Shown here: positions 1 to 10,300 of the stretch, one piece after another
Position numbering within the stretch: the first letter of the stretch is position 1
Layout of the letters: each line of letters starts with the position of its first letter
Origin: a virus
Taxonomy: Duplodnaviria > Caudoviricetes
IMG/VR virus record: IMGVR_UViG_3300046171_000202
Span: 1,225-65,224 of that record
Reading direction: 5' to 3' (one strand)
Length of the DNA stretch: 64,000 nt
Made by a program: the position numbers and the translations under genes
Notes under the pieces: generated by a model
Database searches by the model: none
Seen by the model: the letters and a program-made list of their open reading frames with translations, nothing else
Told to the model about the DNA's origin: nothing

Positions 1-1
1 T

Positions 2-181
2 CAATTACCAAATGGGTACTACCAAACAGAGTACAAACACATCGACAATAGTTGGTGCGACGTAACACGCCGAGAGACTATCGAGTCTGCTGAGGCTGCA
101 ATTGATGGTAGCATCGAACACTACACTAAGAAGCTAGATTATCTAGAAGGACCCAAAGTAGTTAAAACATTTGATAAGTAA
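2..181 (+). CDS. Hypothetical protein, 3' part only (…QLPNGYYQTEY…GPKVVKTFDK*)
   Basis: Open frame from the window edge to TAA at 179-181, translated by hand; lies directly upstream of groEL. Confidence 0.7.
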   Translation, partial: QLPNGYYQTEYKHIDNSWCDVTRRETIESAEAAIDGSIEHYTKKLDYLEGPKVVKTFDK

Positions 182-209
182 ACCAAACAAAACAATTTAA
201 TTAAATTTA

Positions 210-1802
210 ATGGAATATAATTTACCAAGTCAGATTGTCAAGAATTTAGATTTTGGCACTGACGCAAAAACGAAAGTTATAAGTGGCGTTGAGAAACTAG
301 CTAAGGCAGTTAAATCAACATTAGGCGCTTCAGGAAAATGTGTCATCTACGAAGATGGCATGGGAAAACCGGTGATCACAAAAGATGGTGTAACCGTTGC
401 GGATAGCGTAGTCTTACATGACCCGGTTGAAAACATAGGTGCCACACTTATTAAGGAAGCCTCTAAAAATACAGTGAAAGAAGCAGGTGACGGTACCACT
501 ACGGCTATCGTCCTTGCTGAATCACTTATCAAAGAGGTAAATAAAGAGCAATATAAGGCATGTTCGATACGAGAGATTAAAAATGGCATCGATACAGGTC
601 TTGCTCAAGCTACAGCAATATTAGAAAACATGAGTGTTAAGGTTAAAAACTCTACACTAGATCACGTTAGTTCTATTAGCTGTAACAATGACAACCAACT
701 TGGCAGCATAATAGCCAAGGCTTATAAAAAAGTTGGCAAAAATGGTGTGGTTTTGATGGAAGAGTCACAAACAGATGAAACATACGTTGATGTAGTTGAC
801 GGTGTGCAAATAGAATCTGGGCTTACATCACCATACTTTGCTACTAATACAGAGAAAAACAGGTGTGAACTTGAAAATCCGGTTATATTGATCGTTTCAA
901 GCAAGATACCTAACCTTAGAAAGATACAAAGTGTACTTGAGTACGTTATAAAGAACAAAAAACCACTACTTTTAGTAGCTGAAGTTGAGCAACAGGTCAA
1001 ATCAGCACTTTTAATGAACAAAGTAAAGGGTAATATTAACGTAAATATCATAGATCCTCCAGGTTTTGGCCCAACTCGCAAAGAAACCATAGATGATCTA
1101 GCTATTTTAACAGGTGCAGAGGTTATAAATGAAGAATTAGGTGATGATTTAGACCTAATACAGCCAGATTCGCTTGGTAAAGCAAAGTTTGTAGTCACAG
1201 ACAGCAAAAATACTGTTATAACTACGCTACCTATTGACGAAAGCTTAGCTGGTAGAATAAAAGAAGTTAAAGATCAGATTAAAACTGAGAAAAATAGCTA
1301 CATAAAGCGCAAACTAGAGCAAAGGTTAGCTATGCTATCAGGATCTGTTGGCGTAATACGCGTAGGAGCAAACTCAAAAGTTGAGTTGAAAGAGAAAAAA
1401 GACAGGGTGGAGGATGCAATATATGCAGTCAAGGCGGCTCTGCAAGAAGGTATAGTACCTGGCGGAGGTGTAGCTCTGATGGACACGGCTTCTGAGCTTG
1501 AAAATATTCATTCAAAGCTAGAAATGAGTGATAACGCAGGTTTAGAGATATTTTGCAACGCAATAAGAGCACCATATAAAACTATATTAGATAATGCTGG
1601 TATAGCTTACGAAACAAAAGGTGATAAAGGTATTGGTTGTAACGTAATAACTGGTGAAAATGTTAATATGATTGATAATGGCATCGTAGATCCTTTATTA
1701 GTTACTAAAACAGCGCTTAAAAATGCAGTGAGTGTTGTTTCTACTATAATTTCTGCAGATTGTGTAATATCTAATATAAGAATACCAAATGCGAGCAGTT
1801 AG
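210..1802 (+). CDS. groEL: Phage-encoded group I chaperonin GroEL (Cpn60)
   Basis: Motifs ITKDGVTVA, AGDGTTTA, GIVPGGG and KDRVEDA; 530 aa; lacks the C-terminal GGM tail. Confidence 0.97.
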   Translation: MEYNLPSQIVKNLDFGTDAKTKVISGVEKLAKAVKSTLGASGKCVIYEDGMGKPVITKDGVTVADSVVLHDPVENIGATLIKEASKNTVKEAGDGTTTAIVLAESLIKEVNKEQYKACSIREIKNGIDTGLAQATAILENMSVKVKNSTLDHVSSISCNNDNQLGSIIAKAYKKVGKNGVVLMEESQTDETYVDVVDGVQIESGLTSPYFATNTEKNRCELENPVILIVSSKIPNLRKIQSVLEYVIKNKKPLLLVAEVEQQVKSALLMNKVKGNINVNIIDPPGFGPTRKETIDDLAILTGAEVINEELGDDLDLIQPDSLGKAKFVVTDSKNTVITTLPIDESLAGRIKEVKDQIKTEKNSYIKRKLEQRLAMLSGSVGVIRVGANSKVELKEKKDRVEDAIYAVKAALQEGIVPGGGVALMDTASELENIHSKLEMSDNAGLEIFCNAIRAPYKTILDNAGIAYETKGDKGIGCNVITGENVNMIDNGIVDPLLVTKTALKNAVSVVSTIISADCVISNIRIPNASS

Positions 1803-2046
1803 TTATTACATGATAGTTAAAACTATCAAAGAGCAAAAGAAGATAGCTGGGCTAGATATTACAGACAGCATCGATAGTGAAAATAGGTATTTAAAAGGAG
1901 AGATCATTAGCAATGGTGATCTAGTACCTGACACGCTAAGCGAAGGAGATATAGTATATTATGATAGGCACGCTGGGCACAGTATAACTAAAAACGATAC
2001 TATATACCAAGTTATTCAGGTCAAAGACGTAGTAATCGTAGAATAA
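1789..2046 (+). CDS. groES: Co-chaperonin GroES-like protein
   Basis: 85 aa, overlaps the groEL end; GEIISNG…EGDIVYY…YQVIQVKDVVIV fits the Cpn10 pattern. Confidence 0.8.
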   Translation: MRAVSYYMIVKTIKEQKKIAGLDITDSIDSENRYLKGEIISNGDLVPDTLSEGDIVYYDRHAGHSITKNDTIYQVIQVKDVVIVE

Positions 2047-2486
2047 TGAGGATTACTGCATCTGACCTAAAACAAATGCAATTATTTAAGTATTACAGGC
2101 TCGTTAGAAAATGGGCCTGTAAAACTTACAATCTAACCGATGCTGAACTAGAGTTGTTAATAGCTTTAGACTGCATTGGCAGATTTACTAGACAAGAATT
2201 TATTGAAGGGACATATACAATGTCTTGGAACAAACAACGGTGGGATAAGCTTAGGCAAGAAGGGTGGATAGAGACATGGAGGCACCGTAACCGCACTACA
2301 ATCAAATACAGCATTTTTAAGACATCATTTAAATGCCAACAGTTAATAAGCAGAATATATAGAATATTGCTGGCTGAAGAAGACTTACCTACTTCTGAAC
2401 GTAGTGTTTTTTTTAAAAACAAATCTTACACAGACAAGGTATTCAACTCAGCCATTGATAGAATGATCAGAGACAAAACACGATAA
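2046..2486 (+). CDS. Hypothetical protein, possible winged-helix (MarR-like) DNA-binding protein
   Basis: YNLTDAELELLIAL…WDKLRQEGWIE resembles a wHTH; translationally coupled to both neighbours. Confidence 0.5.
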   Translation: MRITASDLKQMQLFKYYRLVRKWACKTYNLTDAELELLIALDCIGRFTRQEFIEGTYTMSWNKQRWDKLRQEGWIETWRHRNRTTIKYSIFKTSFKCQQLISRIYRILLAEEDLPTSERSVFFKNKSYTDKVFNSAIDRMIRDKTR

Positions 2487-4057
2487 TGGCAAAACCAATC
2501 ACAAATAAAGTAAAAAACAGCAAAACACCTGTAATTAGAAAAGATCTAGATGGAGGTGTAATTGCTGAAGCAAACAACGATGGATCTATATACGTTGATA
2601 AAAGCGTCAAAAAAGGTTCACCTCTTGAAAAAGAAGCTATTGCGCACGAAAAAGTTCATTTAAACCAAATGAATCGTGGCGATTTAAACTATGACGATAA
2701 TAACGTTTACTGGAAAGGTAAAGCATACCCTAGATCATCTATGAATGAAGGTGCTAAAAACTTACCTTGGGAAAAGGAAGCGTATGATAAAACTAAGCAT
2801 ATGAAAAATAAAAAGAAAAGTGCACCGACTAAAATGTCAGATGCTGATTTAGTATTAAACAACGAACAGACTCATAAAAAGTTTTTTAATACAGGTGAAA
2901 GCTTTAGTGAAGGTTACGGCGGTTCAGAAATGAAAAACGCTACTAAGAAAGACGGGATTTCTCCAAGAGAAGAAAGAGCAAAAGCAAAAATCGATAAGCT
3001 TAAAAATGAAATTGACGAAATAAATGTGCTAGACTCTAAAAGCATAGATACTTCAACTGAACCTAACACGCCAACACGTATAGAGCCGTTAAAAATGAAA
3101 GCAACACCTATAACATTAAAATCTAGAAGAGGGTATAATTCTCCATTAAACTACAATTCTCCACTTAAAGATAACGGTAAGACAACTAAGTCAGAAAGAA
3201 AAGCTGACCCAGAGACTGGCTTAGTTTACGACTACACGTACACTACAACTACCACTAATAAAAATGTAGATAAAGCTTCAGGTCCTTACGATGTAAGCGC
3301 TGTAGGTTATGATGGACCAAAAGACCCTAACATTTACAATGTCCTTGGAAAAGAGATTTCTTCTGGATTTGCTAAAAGAAAGTATGGTTATGAAGGAGAT
3401 GATGTGTATGAGTATGAAAAATTAAAACTTAAAGGGAAAGATAAAGGTAAAGGCGGTGGATCAAACGAGTCGTCATCAGAGACTTCTAGTGAAACCTCGG
3501 AGACTAGAAAGCCAGTTATGGTGACTGACCCTGCTAAACCTGGCAAACTTAATGCAGGTTTCTATACTACTAAAAACATAAGACTAGCTGAAAAACACGA
3601 TAATAAAATAAAGAATGAAAAAATAAGAAAAGCAGGTAGAAAATATGTTAGGAACGCTAAAATGTTTGGCGAGCCTATACTTAATGCTAAAGGTCAAGAA
3701 GTTAAAGGTAAGGATTTAAGAAAATTAAAAAGAAGAGGTATAAATCCTGAAACAGCTAAGCCCTTTGCTGATCAGCAAGAAATGCTTGAATATGACAAAA
3801 AATTTGATAGAACTAATCAAACCTTAATAAACAAAAGAGGGCCTGGCACTCAAAAAACTACTCGACAAATGACTGCAGAAGAGCTTCAAGCTAATAAAGA
3901 TAAAAGAAACTCTAACACACAGGGCCCAGTGAAAAGTGGATATAAATTCTCTTATTTTTCTTCTCCTGATGGCGAGTACAAAACAATTAATTCACCAAAT
4001 AAAATGAAAACACCTTTTAAAATGGGTGGTTTTGGTTCTAAAAAATATAATAACTAA
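2486..4057 (+). CDS. Zincin-like (HExxH) metallopeptidase domain followed by low-complexity, P-x-K-delimited modules
   Basis: AHEKVH at 2642-2659 with downstream PWEKEAY (third-ligand Glu pattern); remainder Lys-rich with APTKM, EPLKM, SPLK, SPNKM and TPFKM. Confidence 0.65.
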   Translation: MAKPITNKVKNSKTPVIRKDLDGGVIAEANNDGSIYVDKSVKKGSPLEKEAIAHEKVHLNQMNRGDLNYDDNNVYWKGKAYPRSSMNEGAKNLPWEKEAYDKTKHMKNKKKSAPTKMSDADLVLNNEQTHKKFFNTGESFSEGYGGSEMKNATKKDGISPREERAKAKIDKLKNEIDEINVLDSKSIDTSTEPNTPTRIEPLKMKATPITLKSRRGYNSPLNYNSPLKDNGKTTKSERKADPETGLVYDYTYTTTTTNKNVDKASGPYDVSAVGYDGPKDPNIYNVLGKEISSGFAKRKYGYEGDDVYEYEKLKLKGKDKGKGGGSNESSSETSSETSETRKPVMVTDPAKPGKLNAGFYTTKNIRLAEKHDNKIKNEKIRKAGRKYVRNAKMFGEPILNAKGQEVKGKDLRKLKRRGINPETAKPFADQQEMLEYDKKFDRTNQTLINKRGPGTQKTTRQMTAEELQANKDKRNSNTQGPVKSGYKFSYFSSPDGEYKTINSPNKMKTPFKMGGFGSKKYNN

Positions 4058-4060
4058 AAA

Positions 4061-4942
4061 ATGAAAGCAACAAACATTTATCAAACGTTAAAAACTAAAG
4101 GATATGGTACTGATGGTACTAAACCTCAACTACCAGGCGTAGGATCTCCTTTAAAAAAATCTCCTTACAAATTTAACGCAGGCTTAAAGAAAGCTGCAGC
4201 TGAAGGTAAGCTAGACAACAACCCTAAGTTCAAAGACGCAGTAGAATCTTCACCGGCCAAGTTAGCTCCAGTTGTAGCGGCTGTAGGTAAGAAACTATTA
4301 GTAGGTGCAGCTAAAAAAATGATAGCTAAGAAAGCAGCTGAGAAATTACAGCAAAAGCAAGGTTCTCCAGCTATGATGAAGGATAATCCTAAAAAGAAAA
4401 AGGCTATTAAAAGTAAAAAGGTTGGTCCTGAAGGTGTTTCATATGGAAAAGTAACAAAGACGCCTAACTATGATAAGCCTACGGGAGTGAAAGCTTCTCC
4501 AGCTAAAAAATACGCAAGCGATGCTCAAAGAAAAGCTGTGCACGCTAGCAAAGCGGAAAAAGCTTCTCCAGCAAAAGTAAAAGATGTTCCTAGTAAAGGC
4601 AAGAAATACTCAGACAAATATAAAAAAGGAGAAGTAAAACACGAAAGTATAACTTACGATCCAGTTAAGAAGACAACTACTAGAATTTTCTCTGACGCTG
4701 ACGTTAAAAAGTATGGAATTAAAAAGAAAGTAGTTTCTAAAGCTAAGGAAAAAACTCCAGCTAAAAAAGCAAGCTGTGGTTCTCCAGTTAAAATGGATTT
4801 AGGTGTTGCTGGTCCAGGTAATCCTAAAAAAGCTATTAGAAAAGCTAAGAGAAAAGCTACTAAAGGTCATAAGGCAGGCGTAAGAGCTTCTAATATTTGC
4901 AAGAGAAGCACTAGAGGAAAAGGCAGTACCTATAGAAACTAA
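4061..4942 (+). CDS. Highly basic protein made of SPxK-delimited peptide cassettes
   Basis: SPLK, SPYK, SPAK x3, SPAM, TPAK and SPVK within 293 aa; Lys/Ala-rich. Confidence 0.7.
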   Translation: MKATNIYQTLKTKGYGTDGTKPQLPGVGSPLKKSPYKFNAGLKKAAAEGKLDNNPKFKDAVESSPAKLAPVVAAVGKKLLVGAAKKMIAKKAAEKLQQKQGSPAMMKDNPKKKKAIKSKKVGPEGVSYGKVTKTPNYDKPTGVKASPAKKYASDAQRKAVHASKAEKASPAKVKDVPSKGKKYSDKYKKGEVKHESITYDPVKKTTTRIFSDADVKKYGIKKKVVSKAKEKTPAKKASCGSPVKMDLGVAGPGNPKKAIRKAKRKATKGHKAGVRASNICKRSTRGKGSTYRN

Positions 4943-4944
4943 CT

Positions 4945-5409
4945 ATGAGTAATAAAAAGAAATTTAAAGACACAAAGGTCGGTAAGTTTCTATCTCAAAA
5001 AGGACCTAGTATAGTAGAAGCAGTGGGCGACGTGCTACCTGATGCTGGTGTACTAGGTTTAGTTAAAAAGCTAATAGAAAAAGAAGATCCGGTAGTTTTA
5101 CCACCTCAAGATAAAGAGACTGCGCTAAAGCTACTAGAACAAGATATGGTGGAAATGCAAGAAGTATCTAAGCGTTGGGTTAGTGATATGCAATCAGATT
5201 CGTGGTTGTCTAAGAACACTAGGCCGATGACTTTAATATTCTTAACTATATCTATGATAATATTAATACTTCTAGATAGCTTTGAAATAAAATTCTCAGT
5301 GGACAAAGGCTGGGTTGATCTTTTAAAGTCTCTTCTTATAACCGTGTATGTTGCTTACTTCGGTTCTAGAGGAGCAGAAAAATATAAAGCAATAAGTAAG
5401 AATGGCTAG
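4945..5409 (+). CDS. Holin-like membrane protein (resembles the 3TM GTA-type holin family)
   Basis: DMQSDSWLSKNTRP followed by hydrophobic helices and the YFGSRGAEK end motif. Confidence 0.6.
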   Translation: MSNKKKFKDTKVGKFLSQKGPSIVEAVGDVLPDAGVLGLVKKLIEKEDPVVLPPQDKETALKLLEQDMVEMQEVSKRWVSDMQSDSWLSKNTRPMTLIFLTISMIILILLDSFEIKFSVDKGWVDLLKSLLITVYVAYFGSRGAEKYKAISKNG

Positions 5410-6109
5410 AATAAATACGTACTCTACAGATACCACTGTACAGAAAGATGATAAATTGCTGGGCTCTAACGCAGGTGGAGCTACAAGAAACTTTAGTATA
5501 GAGGATATAAGTACGTTTCAAGCTAATACAAACGCTACAGGCATAGTAGGTCAAATTCCTTATGTATATCATAACAATAGCTTTGGAGGCAACTCTTCTA
5601 GGCAATCAGGGTCATTAACTACAAACACGAGTAACGCGTCAACTAGCTTTAGCGCCATAACTACAGTTAAGGTTAGTAAGTTTCCATATGGTAATACTTC
5701 TGAAATAGTTTCAGTAATTGAGAGCTTTTTAGATAAAGGTGTTATAATAGCACGTAATGATAACCCTAACGAGTTTGGAGTTTATACTTGCACTGCTGTA
5801 GCACAAGACTCTTCGGAAACAAACTTTTACGATTTAACGTTAACATATAAAAATGGTAACGGCAACATACAAGCAAACGAATTTTATTCAATATTATTAT
5901 ATTCTGGTGCCCAAGACAAAGATCACAGGCACAACCAAACGTCAGCAAGTTCTACTTGGGTTATAAATCATAACTTAAACAAATACCCAAGTGTCACAGC
6001 TTTTGATTCTGCAGGTAGCCAAGCTATTGGCTCTGTAGTGTTTAATAGCAAGAACCAATTGACAATAACTTTTTCCGCTTCGTTTAGCGGTACCGCATAT
6101 GTAAACTAA
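5402..6109 (+). CDS. Putative tail/structural protein
   Basis: Ser/Thr/Asn-rich beta composition; C-terminal [16 protein letters not shown] domain typical of phage tail proteins. Confidence 0.55.
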   Translation: MARINTYSTDTTVQKDDKLLGSNAGGATRNFSIEDISTFQANTNATGIVGQIPYVYHNNSFGGNSSRQSGSLTTNTSNASTSFSAITTVKVSKFPYGNTSEIVSVIESFLDKGVIIARNDNPNEFGVYTCTAVAQDSSETNFYDLTLTYKNGNGNIQANEFYSILLYSGAQDKDHRHNQTSASSTWVINHNLNKYPSVTAFDSAGSQAIGSVVFNSKNQLTITFSASFSGTAYVN

Positions 6110-6129
6110 AAATAAAAATAAAAAAAATT

Positions 6130-7350
6130 ATGGCATTAGAATATTACGCTAGTATTGATCTCAACAAGAACGAACTACAAAACGCAGTAGTGCATCCCTT
6201 AGGCTCTGCACCATCTTCACCAGTAGAAGGTCAGATATATTATGACTCTACAGCTGGCGACAAGAAATTATACTTATACAATGGCTCAGCATGGGTTGCT
6301 ATTGGAGAAGCACAAAGCTTTATAGCTGGTGAAGGCATAGACATTGGCACATCTGGCGATGATATTACTATATCAGGTGAAGACGCTACTACATCAAACA
6401 AAGGTATTGCATCATTTGCTACTGCTGATTTTGCTGTAAGCTCAGGAGCTGTAAGCATTAAGACGGGTGGCGTAAGTAACGATCAACTCGCTGGATCAAT
6501 TGCCAACGGCAAACTTGCCAACTCCAGTATTACTATTGGTAATAGTACTATAGCTTTGGGCGGTACAGATACTAGTCTAACCGGTTTAACTGATATAGAT
6601 TTAACTTCAGGCGATAAAACTATATTTGATGGTGTTGGAGCTAACACATTAACAATGGGTGCTTCTAGTACTAGCATAGTAATACCTGGTGATCTTCAAG
6701 TTACAGGAACAATAACTACTAATAACGTAGAAACTATATCTACATCTAATGGTATAGTATTTGAAGGATCTGTAGCTGACGCTAACGAATTAACATTACT
6801 AGCTGGATCTTTAACAGGCGATAGAACTGTAACTTTAGCGGACTTAACAGGACACGTAGCTATATTTGCAGCAGTGCCTACCGCAACGATAACAGCTACT
6901 CCAGCTGAATTAAACTTGCTAGATGGTATTACAACATTAAGTGGATCTAACACTGGTGATGAGCCTGACGCTAGCACCACTACAAAAGGTATTATAGAAA
7001 TAGCTACAAGCGCTGAAGTACAAACTGGTACCGATGCAACTAGAGCTGTTACACCTGATACTCTTGCTGCTAAATCTGTAACTGCGCAAATAGACGTATC
7101 CTCAACAAGTTTTATTTCAAATAAATACGCTGAGATAACTCACAACTTAGGTACAGAAGACGTATTAGTTCAGTTATTTGACGCAACAACAAAGCAAACA
7201 GTTTATGCTGATGTAGCTAGAACAGATAAAGCTGACTCTGCTTCTACTAGCAAAGTAAAAATATCTTTCGGTGTTGTTCCAAGCAACGATGTCGATGTTA
7301 TTATTACTTCAGTTAAAGGAGCTTCAGCTGGTACGGTAGCGTACGCATAA
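6130..7350 (+). CDS. Tail fibre-like protein
   Basis: Fibre repeat motifs [11 protein letters not shown] and [13 protein letters not shown]; C-terminal [16 protein letters not shown] domain. Confidence 0.65.
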   Translation: MALEYYASIDLNKNELQNAVVHPLGSAPSSPVEGQIYYDSTAGDKKLYLYNGSAWVAIGEAQSFIAGEGIDIGTSGDDITISGEDATTSNKGIASFATADFAVSSGAVSIKTGGVSNDQLAGSIANGKLANSSITIGNSTIALGGTDTSLTGLTDIDLTSGDKTIFDGVGANTLTMGASSTSIVIPGDLQVTGTITTNNVETISTSNGIVFEGSVADANELTLLAGSLTGDRTVTLADLTGHVAIFAAVPTATITATPAELNLLDGITTLSGSNTGDEPDASTTTKGIIEIATSAEVQTGTDATRAVTPDTLAAKSVTAQIDVSSTSFISNKYAEITHNLGTEDVLVQLFDATTKQTVYADVARTDKADSASTSKVKISFGVVPSNDVDVIITSVKGASAGTVAYA

Positions 7351-7366
7351 CAATTAAATACAATTA

Positions 7367-10300
7367 ATGGGAGATATTAAATTTTACTCACCGGTAGATT
7401 TCGACGATACTTCGTCAGGCGTAACAATAGAAGGTGATCTTACGGCTAATAAAGGCGTTGAGTTTACTGGAGGTTCTATTGGTCAAGCAAAGACTGTTCT
7501 ACATACAAACAACGTTCTATATACACGAGGAGGTAGTGGAGGTATGTTCTTGCAGAACGCGGACGGTAGTGATGGTATACTTATATCAAACGATCATATC
7601 AAAGTTGAGACAGGTGGCTTAGAAAGATTACGCATTAATGGCTCAGGCAATGTCGGTATTGGAACCACTAGTCCTCAAACAAAACTACATTTAGCAACAA
7701 CAAGTAGCTCTACGTTAACAATTCAAAATACTACCAACTCAGGCAATGCTACTTTGAATTTTAGAGATGAAGGAGATAATGATCAATTTCAAATATATTA
7801 TGCTCTAGGTGCTAATAGATCGTACAACTTAGTAAACGGTAACGGGTTAACCATATACTCCTCTCAATCATCTTCAGAAATAGCTAGATTTGGTAACGCT
7901 AGTAGCGGGTATACAGATTCTTACTTTACAGGTAACGTCGGTATAGGTACTACTAGTCCTGCGGAGGAGCTAACGGTTTCAGGTGACTCTAATATTACAG
8001 GTAAGCTAGCAGTAGGAGCTTCAGCAGCCCACGGTACGTATCACTTCTATAATCAGCTAACGGCTTATTTTAACGGAGCTGTTACAATAGACGATACGTT
8101 AACCCAAACAGGTGGAGGAAATTCAACATTTTCAGGCAACGTCGGTATAGGGACGACTAGTCCTACACATCTACTTACTTTAGAGACCACAAGTTCTCCA
8201 GGTTTAAAAATAAAAGACACTACACAGGGAGCTACCTTGCTGGCTTTTAGCCAAGATTCCAATTCACATATAGGTACTTACAGTTCACACCCATTGGTTT
8301 TGGATACTAATAGTTCAGAAAGAATGCGTATTACTTCTGCAGGTAACGTTGGTATTGGGACAACCGCGCCCACTAGATTACTAACCTTAGAAAACGATAC
8401 GGGCACAGTAACTAATAATTCACAATTAAGAATTAACAATCAAGGAGATGGCGATGCATACATATATTTATACGCTGGAAGCGATTGGTCATTAGGTGTT
8501 GACAATTCAGATGGTGATAAATTCAAAATAGTCTCTTCTAACGATGTAAGTGACGAAGCTGGCGCTCTAGAAATTGATAGATCAAATAACGCAACTTTTG
8601 CAGGTGATGTAAAAGCAGATACTCATTTTACTTCAAGCGACACAAACGTAACACTTTCAACTAATTCAGACGGTACTGTATTTTTAAGACCAAATGGTAA
8701 AGGGTCTACAACTGCCCAGAGTACTTTTACAACATCTTTAGCGAGTATTGGTACTAATGCAACTTTTGCAGGCAACGTCGGTATTGGATATAATGCTCCT
8801 TATGATATATTACATCTTCATAATTCAACTAATTCAGGTACTCCTGATGCACAGATGAATTTTACAACAGGTGTAACAGGAGCTGCTGATGGTAATGGTT
8901 TTAGAGTTGGTTGGAATGGATCAGTAGCTAATTTATTTTTGTTTGAAAATGCTGATATGCGTTTTGCTACAAACAATAACGAAAAAATGCGTATTACTTC
9001 TGGAGGCAACGTAGGCATTGGAACTACTAGTCCAAGTGAAAAACTGCACGTAGCAGGAGATGTTAAAATAGAAGGAGATCTTCACTTAGAAGGAGATTTA
9101 GATTTTCGTGTTATAAACTCATCAGGATTTGGACAACCGGAAATACGCTTGCCAAACTTTGTAGATACTTTTTGGAGAGCAGATAGAAGATTTACATTAT
9201 CAGTAACAGGAGGACAGTCAGCAGCTGCAGTAGCAAATTTATTTAATGGAAGTTATGGAAACTTAGTTAACTTTGCCGCAAGCTCCACCCACGTTATAAC
9301 TATAAATGTAGCAAATCAATCAGGAGTTAGTGCTAACGGATTTACATATCCTCAAGGTTATATATACTTTTCTTTTTATAGCACTACTAACAATTATGAT
9401 TCTATAAGCGGTAGAGTAAAAGATAAAGATGGTAACTACCATAACATGTCAGGCTTAACAGACATAATCTCTAATAACACTTCTTACAAAGTTATGAGAT
9501 TGACAGTGCCATCTAATAACTATGCAGTAGAATACGAACTTACGCTTGTAACAAATACAAATAACGTAAGATTAGCAGCTATAAACTATGTTTCCACGAG
9601 ACACACTAGTCAAATGGAGCTACCTTACTTGAGCAAAACATTAGACACTAATAGTTTATTTGGCAATGTAGATGTGTTAACAAATGCTTCAGCTGACCAA
9701 AATAGATTAAGTGGTACGGGTAATTCATACTTAGCTGCAAGTACAGGCAACGTCGGTGTTGGTACTACTAGTCCAGGTGCTAAGCTAGACGTAGTTGCTA
9801 GCGATGTAAGTGTAGTTCCTAATGGAAGCAGTTCAGCAGTATTTAGAAGAAATGGTGATAATTATATTTCAATATTAAGTAGCACATCTGGAGAAGGAGG
9901 CGTTTTATTTGGAAATTCATCTGATGCGGTTGATGGTTGGGTAGCATATAAAAATGGCTCAGGCAATCAGTATATGACAATAGGAACTGCTGACACAGAA
10001 AGAATGCGTATCACCTCAGGTGGTAACGTCGGTATCGGCACTACTAATCCAAGTCAAAAACTCCATATAAACGGTGGGGCAATGTATATTACGGATGGTA
10101 CTTATGGAGGTTATATAGGTAAAGGAAGTGATTTAATAACCACTGCTGCAGCAAGCGATCTTGGAGTTAGATCAGAAGCAAATATGGTATTTTCTACAGG
10201 AGGTTACGTTGAAAAAATGCGTATTACCTCTGCTGGTAAAGTCGGGATTGGTACTACTAGTCCTGATACTAAACTTCATGTAGAGCAAGGGTTAGCAACT

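Noticed and set aside
4910-4942. C-terminal RGKGSTYRN of ORF 4061 as an ArfA-like KGKGSY ribosome-rescue motif
   Set aside because: The match is only a few low-complexity residues; not supportable without a profile search
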